Assembly: GCA_001643675.2 (NCBI GenBank)
Contig: LSRY02000030.1
Span: forward strand, 1-64,000
Source: Monocercomonoides exilis PA203
Lineage: Eukaryota; Protista; Preaxostyla
Direction: 5' to 3'
DNA length: 64,000 bases
The translations under genes were made by a program, and so were the position numbers. Under the pieces are notes generated by a model. That model saw nothing but the letters and a program-made list of their open reading frames with translations. It did not search any database and was not told the DNA's origin. Shown here in pieces: positions 24,601-36,700 of the stretch (its first letter is position 1; each line of letters begins with the position of its first letter).

Positions 24601-27600
24601 AGAATTCCCTTTGTTCCCATCCACATACACCGTTGTCATCTGTGTCACATTCAGATAATCTGAGAAAAGATCAATTATCATCCCGTTTTGCATAGAGCTG
24701 TCTCGACCGTTGTCAATTGATAGCAGATGATGCATTTTTCGTTCGTGGCCTTGTAAATACCTTTCAGTCACCATTGTATCTCTGCTCACTCCAGCCATTG
24801 CAAACGATTCAAAGTTTGTTCTGTCGTATGAAGTTCTGTCAAAACGAAAGTATGCTGGATGGATGGTGGCAGAAAGAGAAGGACACGAAATAAACATCCA
24901 ATAGAGCTTGGTGATTTTCTGAGACCAGTTTTCAGAAAGCGTAAGATTTGTGAAGGAAATGGAATATGTATTTGAAGATGAAGCTGTTGAGTGTTTCTGT
25001 TGTAGTCCACTATTTGCCTCATCCTTCACACAATCCAAGTAAATGAATTTTCCAAGCCCGTTTTCAGAAGCCATAGTGCAATCGCAGAGAGTGCAGTGAG
25101 AAATCGAGCATATTCCGAATGGAGTGAGCGATATTCCGAGGGCTCCTCCATAAGCAGTCGCTTGTGTTGCTTTGACTGATGTAAAGTTTGATGATGCGAT
25201 GACTGTTGAGTAGGAAGAAGTGCAAGGTAGAGGAGAAAAACTGCTAATGTTCAAATTAGACTGTTTTGTAAATGTGAGGATGGCAGCATTTGTTGATGTG
25301 GACTCAAATGCTTCAAATTTGGATCCTGTAATAGTAATACCGCTTGAAGATGAAGACGAAGATGAAGAAAAGGAAAAGTGAGAAGATGAGACATAATGCC
25401 TGTTACTCTGAACACCTTTCAAATCACAATTTTCTTTGAGATCTGTTTTGAGTGAAGTTGAACATGGTCCGTTATCCAATTCATTCTCATTTTGGACGAG
25501 CACTTCAAACAATGAGCCGTCAATTTTGCTGATGTTTCTGACTGTTAGCTGATTCGCATGTGCTGCAACTGCTGAAGACAATATAAACAAACTTCGAGTT
25601 ATTGTTTTGAAATTGGACACAGAAACCCTCTCCATCTCAAGAGTTCCTCCCAAACAAACAGCAAGCGAGTATTTAATTGAAATAATCTGTGTTAGTACAT
25701 TTTCAATAATGTCAATCTCTTCAAGCCTCAAAAGCTGTGCTTTGGTGTCAGAATAGAATATTGTTAAAACAGAAGAAGGAAGACTAGTCTCTTTGAAATG
25801 CAGGCGACGAATTGCACAGATAGACTGCACAAATACAGCTGAATTGCAATAGCTCGCCTGATTTGTGCCGATATCTTTTGAAATAGAAATATCAGCCCAG
25901 TCCTTTTCGCTTCCAAAAATATGAGTCTCTTTGAAATGTTGAGTGTTTTCTGTTTGGGCAGCAGAATTGTCTGATGCCTTTGAGCCGCCATCGATTAAGG
26001 CCTCAACAATTTTTATTGGCTTTGCGATTGTTGAAGCATTGGTCACATAAATCGAGCAGAATGTGTTGTCTTTGCAGTGATTGTAGGAAATATCAAGCGT
26101 CTTGCATTGTTGTGTGGATTTTCCGCACTTAAACCAGTCTTTGCCTTTGTTGCTGCAATGAACACTCGACGAACGATAGCGGAACAGCTCAACGATTGAT
26201 GCTGGTTTATGTGGCCCGGAAGCAAAATCTTGGGGAAAAGAAGATGCTTCATTGAAGTAATCTGAGTGTGTGACTTCTTTTGTTGCCAGAAATTGGTCTA
26301 ACTCATCAAGATTGAAAGAAGAAGCATTGTCAGTTTCCAATCCCCAGAATAGAGTGTCTTCCTTCTCAGTCACTTTGTTTGGTGAAGAAAATGTGAATTG
26401 ATCTGTCTGGAGTGAATCAAACATGCCAGAATCACACAGCAAAAACACGTTCTTTCCATAAAATGCATTGTTGCTTTTGAGGACAAGATCAGTTATTTGA
26501 AATGGAAGAGACTGAGAATTGGCTTGTCCCTTGTTGTGGATGCAATCAAAATCATTCAATCCAACAGGAAATGAATCATTCATCGAAGAAGCATCAATCA
26601 TCAGCGCACCGCCTCTGCCATTTTCGATCGTTTTTGCGATGCAGTATGATATTTCGCAGTTAATCAAAGAAAGTCGATGGGCATTAGATGTTGTTTTCCC
26701 TTCGTTGAAGTTTGAAGAAGAGCCCCAAGTTTCTTTTGAAGGAGGGATTCGAACAAACAATGCTCCTCCAAATTCCGAGTTCGGGCTTCTACAGCTTGAC
26801 ATAGAACATCCAATCATTTCTAAGGAAAATGTCGTTGAATTTGTACATGAAATGAGAGATGAATATGTTGATGTTGCAGTTACTGTAGAAATGTTCACTT
26901 TGCTAAAAGAAAGGGAACACTATTCAAAAAGAAATGAAAATTTCAACATATTTTGTAAAATAAAAAATAAATGAAAAAATATATTAAAATTTGCAATCAT
27001 ACTTCTCCATTAAGTGAAATTAGTGAACAGCGAAATTCATTAACACAAGGACCAATTTCAGAAGATTCAACTGATAGAATTGCTGCATTTAATTGAAAAA
27101 CTGAACTTGTAAAAGGATCGATTGAACAATTTACGAGCATTGAACATCCAGATATTGATAATGAAGGAATTGTTTGTTGAGACGATTCGCAAAAGAAAAA
27201 TGGCTTTCCCAGTGGAGCCCGTGCTGAGTTGTGGACAAAAGAAATGTTTGAAAACGTCAGCTTACCTCCAATGTTCTCAAAAAACGATCTTGGTTTATCG
27301 TTAATAACATTAGAGATTGAAACGATGTTTGATCCGTAAGGTTCAATTCGAATTTTTTTATTATCCAAAATTACTCCTTCAACATTATTTTCATTTGATG
27401 CATCCATTAAAAAAATTGTCATTTCATCTTGAATTGATGTTTGTGAAATAGCAAAAGTCAGTGTTTTACATGGAGAAGAATCTGTCTGTCCACATCCGCC
27501 TGTATCTACACCTTTCGATGGTGATACTGTTTTCGTGTTTGCATTGCGTTCCAAATTTGTTGAGCAAAGAAAAGGGAAAATTTTTTCTTTTAGGCAATTC

Positions 27601-27692
27601 AATGAGCAATTGGATTCATTGAGTGCTTGAATGTTTCTCATAAAAACATTAAAACAACTGATGCTTAAAAAAGCTATCAGCAGAATACTCAT
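21670..27692 (-). CDS. ~1980-aa type I membrane surface protein with a predicted beta-helix (pectin-lyase/Pmp-like) ectodomain, 2 exons
   Basis: N-terminal hydrophobic signal (MSILLIAFLSISCF), GGA(L/I) motifs, CG-x4-(P/A)C motifs, a TM helix (IVVSVVLVIATIVAVVVVLLLL) followed by KRRK, and a Ser/Pro-rich tail. A phase-0 GTATGA...AATAG intron at 27002-26920 joins ORFs 26997-27692 and 21670-26898. Confidence 0.85.
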
Positions 27693-28902
27693 TCAATTTT
27701 TGGAACGAGCACAATGCAAAATTTTAACAAAAATTCCAAACAATAATTAAATATGGGAAAGTTTTCTTTTTGCATATGGGACGAAATTTTTTATTTTATG
27801 AATTTTGTTCCACACAGTTCTTTCAAAGATTTTTTTAATTTTTTATATTTTTATATTTAATATTGCACGATAATGTTAGAATAATAATCATTCAATAGCA
27901 GAAAAAGTTTGGAACAATTCATTGTATTTTTCATAATTGTGAGAATTCTGTCCCATATCTATTGTTAACATATTTATTCAAAATATACAAGTATCTTTAT
28001 TATTCATTTGCTTCATTGTATTTAAATATCCACATAAATCTTAATTTTTGAAACTATTCGTGGAAAAAATGAATTATTCTCTAGAAATAAATCTTCTTAT
28101 ACAGCTCAAAACACGAAATAGATGTATGTGCACAATCATTGAAAGAACGGTCAATCATGTACAATGCAGTCCTTCACTTCTTTGAATTCTTGAAGTTTCC
28201 TGATTGCTAATTAAACTGTACCAAAATGTTTCGATTCCTCTTTGCTTTATGATTAAATACGATGTTTTGAATAGAATCTGAATTGAAACAGCACATTCAA
28301 CCTTCTCTTTCATTGACGAAAGCATTAAAAGATATTTTATTATTTAATTGATGAATTGGGGGAAAACGTGAGAGAAAAAGCAATAAAAAAATAGGAATTA
28401 AAAAAGAAATAATAAAATTAAATAGAAAATAGAAGGATAAGAAATGAGGGGCGGGTCTAATGAAGCTGATACCACATGAAAGAAATTAAACCAAGAGATG
28501 ACGGAAAAGAAGAGAATTACTCCAAAAACAAAGAATAACATCAAAAACGCTCTGAGTTCAAAGAAATGGAAAAGCATAGAAACAAACTTCATGGAAAGAA
28601 ACAAAGGCGATATTTTTAATAAATAAAAAAAAATGAAAGAAAAATCATAAAATTTTTCCAAACATAAAAAAACATAAGAAAAGCACATAAACTAAGATTA
28701 AGAGAGGTTTGTTTAAGTTTAAAAAAGCTCATTATAAATTGTTCTTTTTTTGGATGAAATTTTAACCCTCTCTTCTTTCCCTTCCATAAATAAGTGTTTT
28801 TCCTTCAAAAGATTCAGCCCATTCCCCGTATTTACCCTCTTCAATATCTCTTCCATTTCCCTCCTCTTTCTCTCTCTCTCTCTCTCTCTTTCGCAATGTG
28901 AC

Positions 28903-30224
28903 TCACCCATCCTCCAAGTCCATCCCTCCATCTTCTATTCGTCTCTTCTGCTTCAAGCGCTGTGCCTCTTCCAGCTGCTTCCTCATCTCTTCAGGAACTT
29001 TCCCATCTGGCGATGAATATGGAATATCCTCTCCTGTCTCATCATCGTGTATCATCATCTGCGACCCCATTCCACCTGCTCCCGACTGACTCGCAGCACC
29101 TCCACTTGCATCTCCTGAGCCTGTTGACATCGACGAGTCATTGGCTGCATCTGGCTCTTCAATGTCCATTTCTCCTGTGCCTCGTGTTCTCCCATCTGCT
29201 CCACGCCCGTCTTTCCCAGCAGCCCCTCCTGCTTGTCCACCAGGAGTTGCTTGTCCTGCAGGCGTGTCTTCTTCTGCCGATGGGCTCTGTGCATGTAATG
29301 TGGATATTTGCAACATCAGATCTAATGATCCTTCATGCTTTACTATGAAATGAAAGTTGTTTTGGATCATTTCAATCTGCCTTTTAAGTTGTTCGGTTGT
29401 TGGTCTTTCGACAAACTTTATTGACTTCAATCGTAAATTCAACTTAACTTGGTTCATTGGGCCTGAATGACGTGAAACAGGATATGTGGTGGATGATGAT
29501 GATGAAACAAAATTGCATCTTCCAAGAGAAAGAAGGGCATTCCGCTCGCATTCGCTGTCTCCAAATGATATAACATTTATATCAGGCATTGCAGATGCTG
29601 GATACCTTGAATGAGGAGAGCAAAAGCAAGAATTTATCTTTTCAACAAATGCCGTTTTTTTCCACTGAAAGAGAAAGTTTTTAATTTTGTAAAAAAATTT
29701 TAAAAGAATAAACCATATTTGGCTGATTTGGATAAGTATTTTGGTATGTTGTCCTTGCAGAAACAACTTGAACGTCATCCAGCATTTTTCTTATCTTTGG
29801 CATGAATTTTTCAGCACTTAATTCAACCCATCCATGCTGTAAAAGTTGTTATCAAATAAAAGTTTAAAATGTTGAACATATACAAAATAATACATCATAA
29901 ATATTCAAATTCACACTTCAGCATTTGTAATAATAAAAACATTCTTTGTAAATGTATACGCTATATTAATCATCTTTATGACTTGTTCCTGAAGTGTTTC
30001 AAATTGGCTGATAATTTCTGGTGGAACAATTGGTGTTTGAAGGGTTATTTCATTGCTGCAGAGTACACTGCTAGCAAGCATTGTATCATCCCTATGAAAT
30101 GTTTGAATTTAAAACAAAAAGTAACGAAAAAAGAAAGAAAAAGGATTCAGCAATGATCGAAGTAATAGCATGTTCCACACCAATCAAAAAATAGAATAGT
30201 ATTATCAACAGCTTTTTTAGTCAT
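28903..30224 (-). CDS. HAD-superfamily hydrolase-like protein, 4 exons
   Basis: Exons 30224-30181, 30091-29917, 29836-29714 and 29664-28903 with GT-AG introns give ILFFDWDDT (motif I), IITNAEHGWVELSA, VSAR, WKKTAF and ISFGDSECE (motif IV). The 3' end is uncertain because the stop overlaps a GTGAGT donor-like site. Confidence 0.85.
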
Positions 30225-30553
30225 AAATTCCTTCAATTATGTTGTATTGTTCTATCACAATGCTGTAAAAGAACGGTTTTCGAGGCAAGCCAGGAAGGGA
30301 TTCTGTGACTTAATTTCCCAAAAATGGGCTGTCCAAAAAAAGAAAAGTCGATATTATTTAACGAGATGGAAATGCATCACATGGATAAGGAAATTAACTT
30401 ATTTCTGTTTCATTTGCAACTATTGATCACAAATATTAACTCATTTCTCAAATAACGGGTACGCTAATTTAGGAACATTAAAACTCATTATTAGGTCAGA
30501 TTCATACAGAATCAAAAAGACATTTCAAGACCAGAAAGTCATCAGATCATTCC
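30225..30553. promoter_or_regulatory. Probable bidirectional promoter region
   Basis: 329 bp between the divergent ATGs of the HAD-like gene and the RRM gene. Confidence 0.5.
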
Positions 30554-31449
30554 ATGACAGTTAAACTCTTCGTAGGAAACTTGAGCGAAAGCACAACCGC
30601 AGTTACAGTTGGAAAATTATTCGAAACAATCGGACTCGTGTTTGTATTTATTTTTCAACAATTATTTCAATTATTATTTATTTGCTTTTAATGATGATTA
30701 TATTTCATTTTTATTGAAAATTGTGGATATGCTGTTTCCTGTTGCGATCTTTGTTCAAATACATCAATCACTTCAACAGCAAAAGCGCAACAATCGAAAC
30801 AAGAAATGAAGTTTCAAGAGGTTTCGGATATGTTGAGATGCAAGACGAAGAAGCAGCTCAGACAGCTATGAGACAGCTCAATGGATACAACTTGAACGGA
30901 AAGCCACTTCGTGTGGAAATTGCATATGAGAAATCAAAAGCTCCAGCAACTCGTAGACCCAGAGCACGCGGCGCTCGTCGTGGGTTTAGAGGAGGGTTTG
31001 CTGGGTATGGTGGCTTTGGTGCACCATTTGGAGGTTACGGAGGATTCGGTGGATTCAATGCTCCCTTCAATGGATACGGATATGGAGCATTCCCAGCACG
31101 TCGCGGAAGAGGAAGATTCGCAGGACGTCCACGTCGCGGAAGACGTCCAACTCGTCGTCAACTTAACCCCGATGCACCTTCATCACAAACACGTGTTCAC
31201 ATTGGAAATCTTCCATACTCACTGACAAAAGAAGATTTGACCGAGGCATTGAAAGGATATCAAGTCAAAGACATCATCTTGACTCATCGCCGTTTCAATA
31301 CAGCCCTTAATGTTGGATATGCATTTGTTGAATTTGCATCTGCAGCTGAACAAAAGAAATTCTTGGCTGAACACCAAACAATTCAACTCAAAGATCGTGA
31401 ATGCAGAACAAGCGCTGCAATGGACGTCCCAGCTGAACAATCAAAGTAA
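30554..31449 (+). CDS. RNA-binding protein, RRM-RGG-RRM architecture, 2 exons
   Basis: ATG at 30554 reads MTVKLFVGNL (RNP2). Intron 30640-30779 (GTTTGT..CAG). Then RGFGYVEM (RNP1), an RG/GF-rich linker and a second RRM (VHIGNL ... GYAFVEF). Confidence 0.92.
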
Positions 31450-32180
31450 AGGACTGTTTCTATCTCTGAAGTTCTTATGTAAAGAACAGTGTTAGTCTGT
31501 TTCAAATGTTAATTGAATGTTCTTTACTATTTACTCTTTATTTTGTTATTGCCCTTTTGATACACGTTTCATCTGAAGTTTTTTCGATTTTACTCAATAA
31601 TACTCATAAAGTCTACATGCTATGTTCCAAATTTTTATCTATTTGGCATTGTCAAATTTTCAACTTTCATTTTTCCCAATGAAAAGGTACCAAGTCAATC
31701 CTTCTTTGAAGCAAGAAGTTTTTAAAAAAATATTATTACTTTCTTGAAAATAACCAGTTTATTTAAATGGGCTGTGTGATTCTTTGAATAGTTTATTGAT
31801 GAATTTATTGAAGAAGAAAAGAGAAAGTTTCATTTGATCATACCCAATATAAAATATGATCATTTCAATTTATAGGAAAAATGTTTTAATTCAAGAATTT
31901 GAGGTGTTTAATTTATTGAAAAGATGATTTTCTTCACGACTTGCTTGTGTGAAATGACTTTTCTCATAACTTTTATTTATTATCGAATAAAAATTCTATT
32001 GTCGAAATAAATAACAGAAATAGTTTAATTTTGTAAAACGAAAAGTTTATTGAATTTTAATAATCAACTTCACTCTGAAATCAAATATTATTTTGTGAAA
32101 GAATGAGTTATCTGACTTAATATAAATAATTGATGTGCGTAAAAAAGATATTTTTTTTTTTTTGAGCAATGCCTTTTATT

Positions 32181-32631
32181 CAGTCTAAACCGGATATAAT
32201 CACGTCGAATACAATCACATTCGTTTATTGTCACATTTTTCGATGCACCGACATTTTTTGCTTGTTTTTCATTCAATTTCCATCGCATATAATCACTGGG
32301 CTGAAAATATGAAATCACAGTTGTTTTCATTATGGATAATTATTTCAATTAAATAAACAATTTTTTGATCAAAAATCTCAATTTTTCGTTTTTTTAAAAA
32401 TGTGCTTAAATAAGTCAAAATAATATGTATTATTGAAAAAAATTAATTACGCAAATGAAAAAAGTGTATTTGTGTCGAATTTCCAAAAATAAAAAAATCG
32501 ACCCAAATATAATAATTTTAATAATTAATTTTTATTTTTTTCTGTGTTAAGCATCATCGTGTATAATCACAATCTGATATAGTTACAAAAAGTTGTGCAA
32601 AAACCGATGTGATTATATCCGGTTTAGACTG
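32181..32631. mobile_element. pogo/Tc1-mariner-type MITE, ~451 bp
   Basis: 27-bp TIRs: CAGTCTAAACCGGATATAATCACGTCG versus CGATGTGATTATATCCGGTTTAGACTG (1 mismatch). The right flank is TA and the left is TT. Internal repeats of CATCG..TATAATCAC. Confidence 0.85.
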
Positions 32632-32636
32632 TAAAT

Positions 32637-32750
32637 TGTTTCGCTCATTACTTTATTAAACTTTCTCAGATATCAAAATAAATTGGATATTCATATCTGA
32701 AAACAAGGGTCATTGATATCACAACATCTTGTTTTGTGACCTCATACGTA
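32637..32750 (+). repeat. Diverged dispersed repeat shared with the palindrome arms
   Basis: Collinear with ~45394-45505 (tgtttc.ct, tcagat.tcaaaataaatt.gat.ttca, tgttttgtgacctcatac) and with its mirror at ~44220-44330. Confidence 0.65.
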
Positions 32751-33784
32751 TTTCAAAAACAAACCCATTTTGTTTGTATGGAGCAAAATATTTCACTTCA
32801 GGCGTTTTCATTGTTAAATAATGCACTTTTCATTGACTTTTTGAGATTAAAAAACACAATAAAATGTTTCCATTTTTTGACATTCATAAAATGTTACAAT
32901 TCTTTCTGTTTTGATTTCAACGAAGCTTGTTCACAGATGTGAAAGTCCAATGAATTTAGAAATATTCAAAAGGTTAATAAAGTTGTAAGCAAAACAAAAA
33001 ACTTTCACGTCGTGCAAAATAAGCTTTATAGTCCGTCCCTCCCCCTCCCAGCCATTTGGGAAATGCTTTTTGAATAGTCGCATATGTTTATTTTTCATGT
33101 AAATCAAAAATATTACATTTTGCTCAAAATTCTGTTTCTGCACACGAATCTTCTTAAAAATGTTTGAAATAGTAATATGCAGAAATAGATTCCATGTTAA
33201 TGAAGTTGGGTGTATGTTAATAAAAATTTGAGCAAAATAAGAAAATAATTATTTATTTGAAAATAAAATATTTTTTTCTTATCTAAAAGAATTACTTATT
33301 TGGACTATTTTTTATAGATTATTAAATGTGATGGGTTGTTATTTTTGTAGATTCGAAATATGTTTCACCCAAGTGAAGAAAAACATTTTTTTTGCTATCT
33401 ATTCCTCGAATATCAACTTTATCAAATCAATGTCTTTCAAACTGAAGGGATTCGAGAAATTCAATTATTTCTTCCGAATAAATTTGAATCAGAAATTTTC
33501 TATTTAAAGTCATTTTTCTGAATTTTCATTATCGAACAATAATTAAATTGAATGATATTTTTTAATATATTTAATACTCACCGTGTTAAAATTTATAATA
33601 AATTATTTTTAAAAGTTATTGCAATGATTCCCAAAGAGTTAGGCCAAATATAATAATATCATAGCAATACCAAATTATTAAAATTTCCACAAAAATAATT
33701 CAAAATACAAAAATAAAACGGAATGAGAGAATTACTTTAAAATTTCAGAAGGATTACAACAATAACATTCGAATAAATGAAAAA

Positions 33785-36700
33785 TCAAACAGCTGAAATA
33801 TGAATAATTCTTCCCGAAGATTTTAAAATATCAGCAATGGAAATATTTGAAGAAATGGAATTCACCGAAGATTTCTGAATCTCGCTGAAGAATTGCATTT
33901 GTTTCTGAACTGAGAATGAAGAGTTGTTTGAACAATTATTTTTCCGTCTCATTTTATCAACTTCAAGCCAATATTCCAGTCTCGTAACATCTTTCTTTTT
34001 TTTGCTTAAATAATTTGATTCTTTTTCAGCTGAAAACAGTTGCGATGATGAATTCTGTCCAGTTGAGATTTTGTCTCCTTCTTCAATTATGCCATCTTTG
34101 CTGTTACTCTTTCTGCTGTTACTTTCATCGATACCTTCTGTAATCTCGCTTGTTTCTTGTTGCTGTTGAGGAGCATTTTCTTGTTGATCAACTGCATTCT
34201 CTTCAACATCGCAGTCTAATCCAATATCCCCATACACAGATTCTATGCAAAAAGAGCAGTTTGTCATTTCCATCAGAAAAGGACGAAAATATGGATTGCT
34301 CAAAGATTCGTCTTGCTCATCTAAACTTGAATCATCCGCCGATTCTTTGTCAAACGAAGAAGTATCATCAGTATCGCTTTCATTCCCTTTCCTTTCATTC
34401 AAACAATTCGCAGCCCAAACAGGTGAGCTCATTGCATCTTCCAGAAGATCAGTATCCACAAACTCAACAACACACGGACTGCACCATTCATCAACTGCTT
34501 CTCTTTCACCTTGACTCGATTTGCTATCACGCACTGAACTTCCACTCTCCCCTTGCAACCTGCCTTCTTCACTCAAATCCTCAGGCAATACAAGCTTTTC
34601 GAGTGAATCTACCCACTTCGTCCTTCCGTCTTGGTATTTCTTCAGCCATCGCAGCGATTTTGCATATTCAGAATCAGAAGCTCTTTTCTCTTTGGGAATA
34701 TCCTTTTTCAGCAGAATTGACAGCACCGTTTGAATAAACTCTTCACCTGTTGTGCTGAGAGGGAGAGAAAGTTCATGCAATGTGGATCCTCTTCCTGTTG
34801 CTGCATCAACAAATCGGATACAAAACAGAACATTTTCAGGTGTTGCCTTCGGTGCATTTTTGGGTACAATCTGAAGTGATATCGCAAATGGATTATTATC
34901 CTTATCTTTATCGTTATCATCAGAAAAGTGAGAGTGGCTGTCAGAAAATGGATTGATTGCAGTTGGAGGTGGAAGAGACAGAACATTCACTGGATCGTCA
35001 GATGGCAAATAAGACAAAAGTTCAATTGAATCTTCATCAGAACAACATTCACCCACAATTGAATCTCCTTTCAATATTTCTTTTGCTCTTGATTTTCCCT
35101 TTTCCTGTGTCTCTTCGCATCCCACTTCATTGTTCGATTCAGATACATTCATTTTGTATTCATTATTACATTTCTTATAAATCGTTCGATCAAATCCAAC
35201 AACCCATCTGATATCATTCTCTGTGATATGTTCTTCCTGCTTGCCTGTTTCACTTGGGAAGATCCATTCATTCAGCACATCCACCGGGCGCTGCTTCCGT
35301 GTTATCGTTTCATCATCACCTTTGCCATTTAATGAACTTTCACAGTTCTTTCCTTCTTCATTCAGCTTTTTCTGTTTTTTCTCTTCGATTCTGCTTTTCT
35401 GCATTTTTATTACATTTTCCACCTGAGCAATTGTTTCCTTGTCAGGCACTTTGAAATACTCACTTGCAACTTCATCAACAAGCCTCGTCATCAAACTCGC
35501 TTGAGAAATGTCTCCTTTGATCATCGTGGTCACTTCGTCATCTTCTGCAATCCTTCCATTCAAAGGCTCCGCAACTGTCTGAGTCAGCACCTCTCGCCTG
35601 ATTCTGATCTCCCTCCAGTTGTTGATCAGCCCAAAGTTCGCCCACTCTTCATTCAGCTTGTTGAAAGTTGAACTGTTCCCCAGCGATAGCGCTGAAAATG
35701 AGCCACGACGTGAAAAATACAAGCTGTCTTTTATTAGCTGAGATTGAAACGCTGACAATCTGAGAGGATCTTCACTTGTAACAGGCTTTTTTGAGGAATC
35801 TGAACAAGAAGGAGAGGAAGTGCCAGAAGGGATTAGAACAGGAGTAGATGAAGATGAAGATGAAGATGAAGGCGAAGATGTCTGATCGTCCTCATCTTCC
35901 AAAGGAACAACGAAACGCCGGCAGAGGAACTCTGCTCTTTCCTTTTCCAGCGATTCGAAACTTGTGTGGAGTGAACCAGGACGAGAATCTAAGTGAGACT
36001 TCTGTGCACCAAACACTTCTCTGAATATTGTCATGCTGCTGTCCTCTCCTTTTGCCTTTCTGCTTGCAAAAAGAGAACACAGCTCCTGCACTTGGCACAC
36101 CACAGACATCAAAAGAGATGTCTTCACAAGAGACGAATGCGCCTGGGCAAACAAGAACTGCGTCCAGTGGCGAAACAGCAGAGAAGATGAACAACCAGAT
36201 GCTGTGTCTTCTTCACAATTGAGAATCAACTTCAGAATCGAATTCTCTTCTTCAGCAGGCGACGGAAGAACTACTTTTCCGATGTCAACCCAGAGACGTG
36301 TGGTGTCTGTTCCTTCTGGCAGCTGAATTCCTTTGAAGAGCGGCCGCCTTCCAACAAGAACAGAGCTGTCGCGAAAGAGAAGCGCAGATGGCGAAAAAAG
36401 CCTCAGCCGCACAGAGCACAACGAACCAGGCGGCCACCGACGCAGATAGAACGTGGGGCAACAAGTCTGTGTGTGTGTGCAGTCATTCTGTTCTTTTCTA
36501 AGAGAAGAGAACAAAAATCGATTGCGCGCAAGACAAGCAAACGATGAGAGCTTCAAACGAGGATCAAGGAACTTCTCTGCGTCTTCTTCGGGATCCATCA
36601 CGAGATGAACACAGACGCCTTTATCACTCAGCAGCCTCAGATAACACTCAGACTGCTCTTTCAGTTTGGCACTGCTTATCTGCTGCTTCCATTTCGATCG

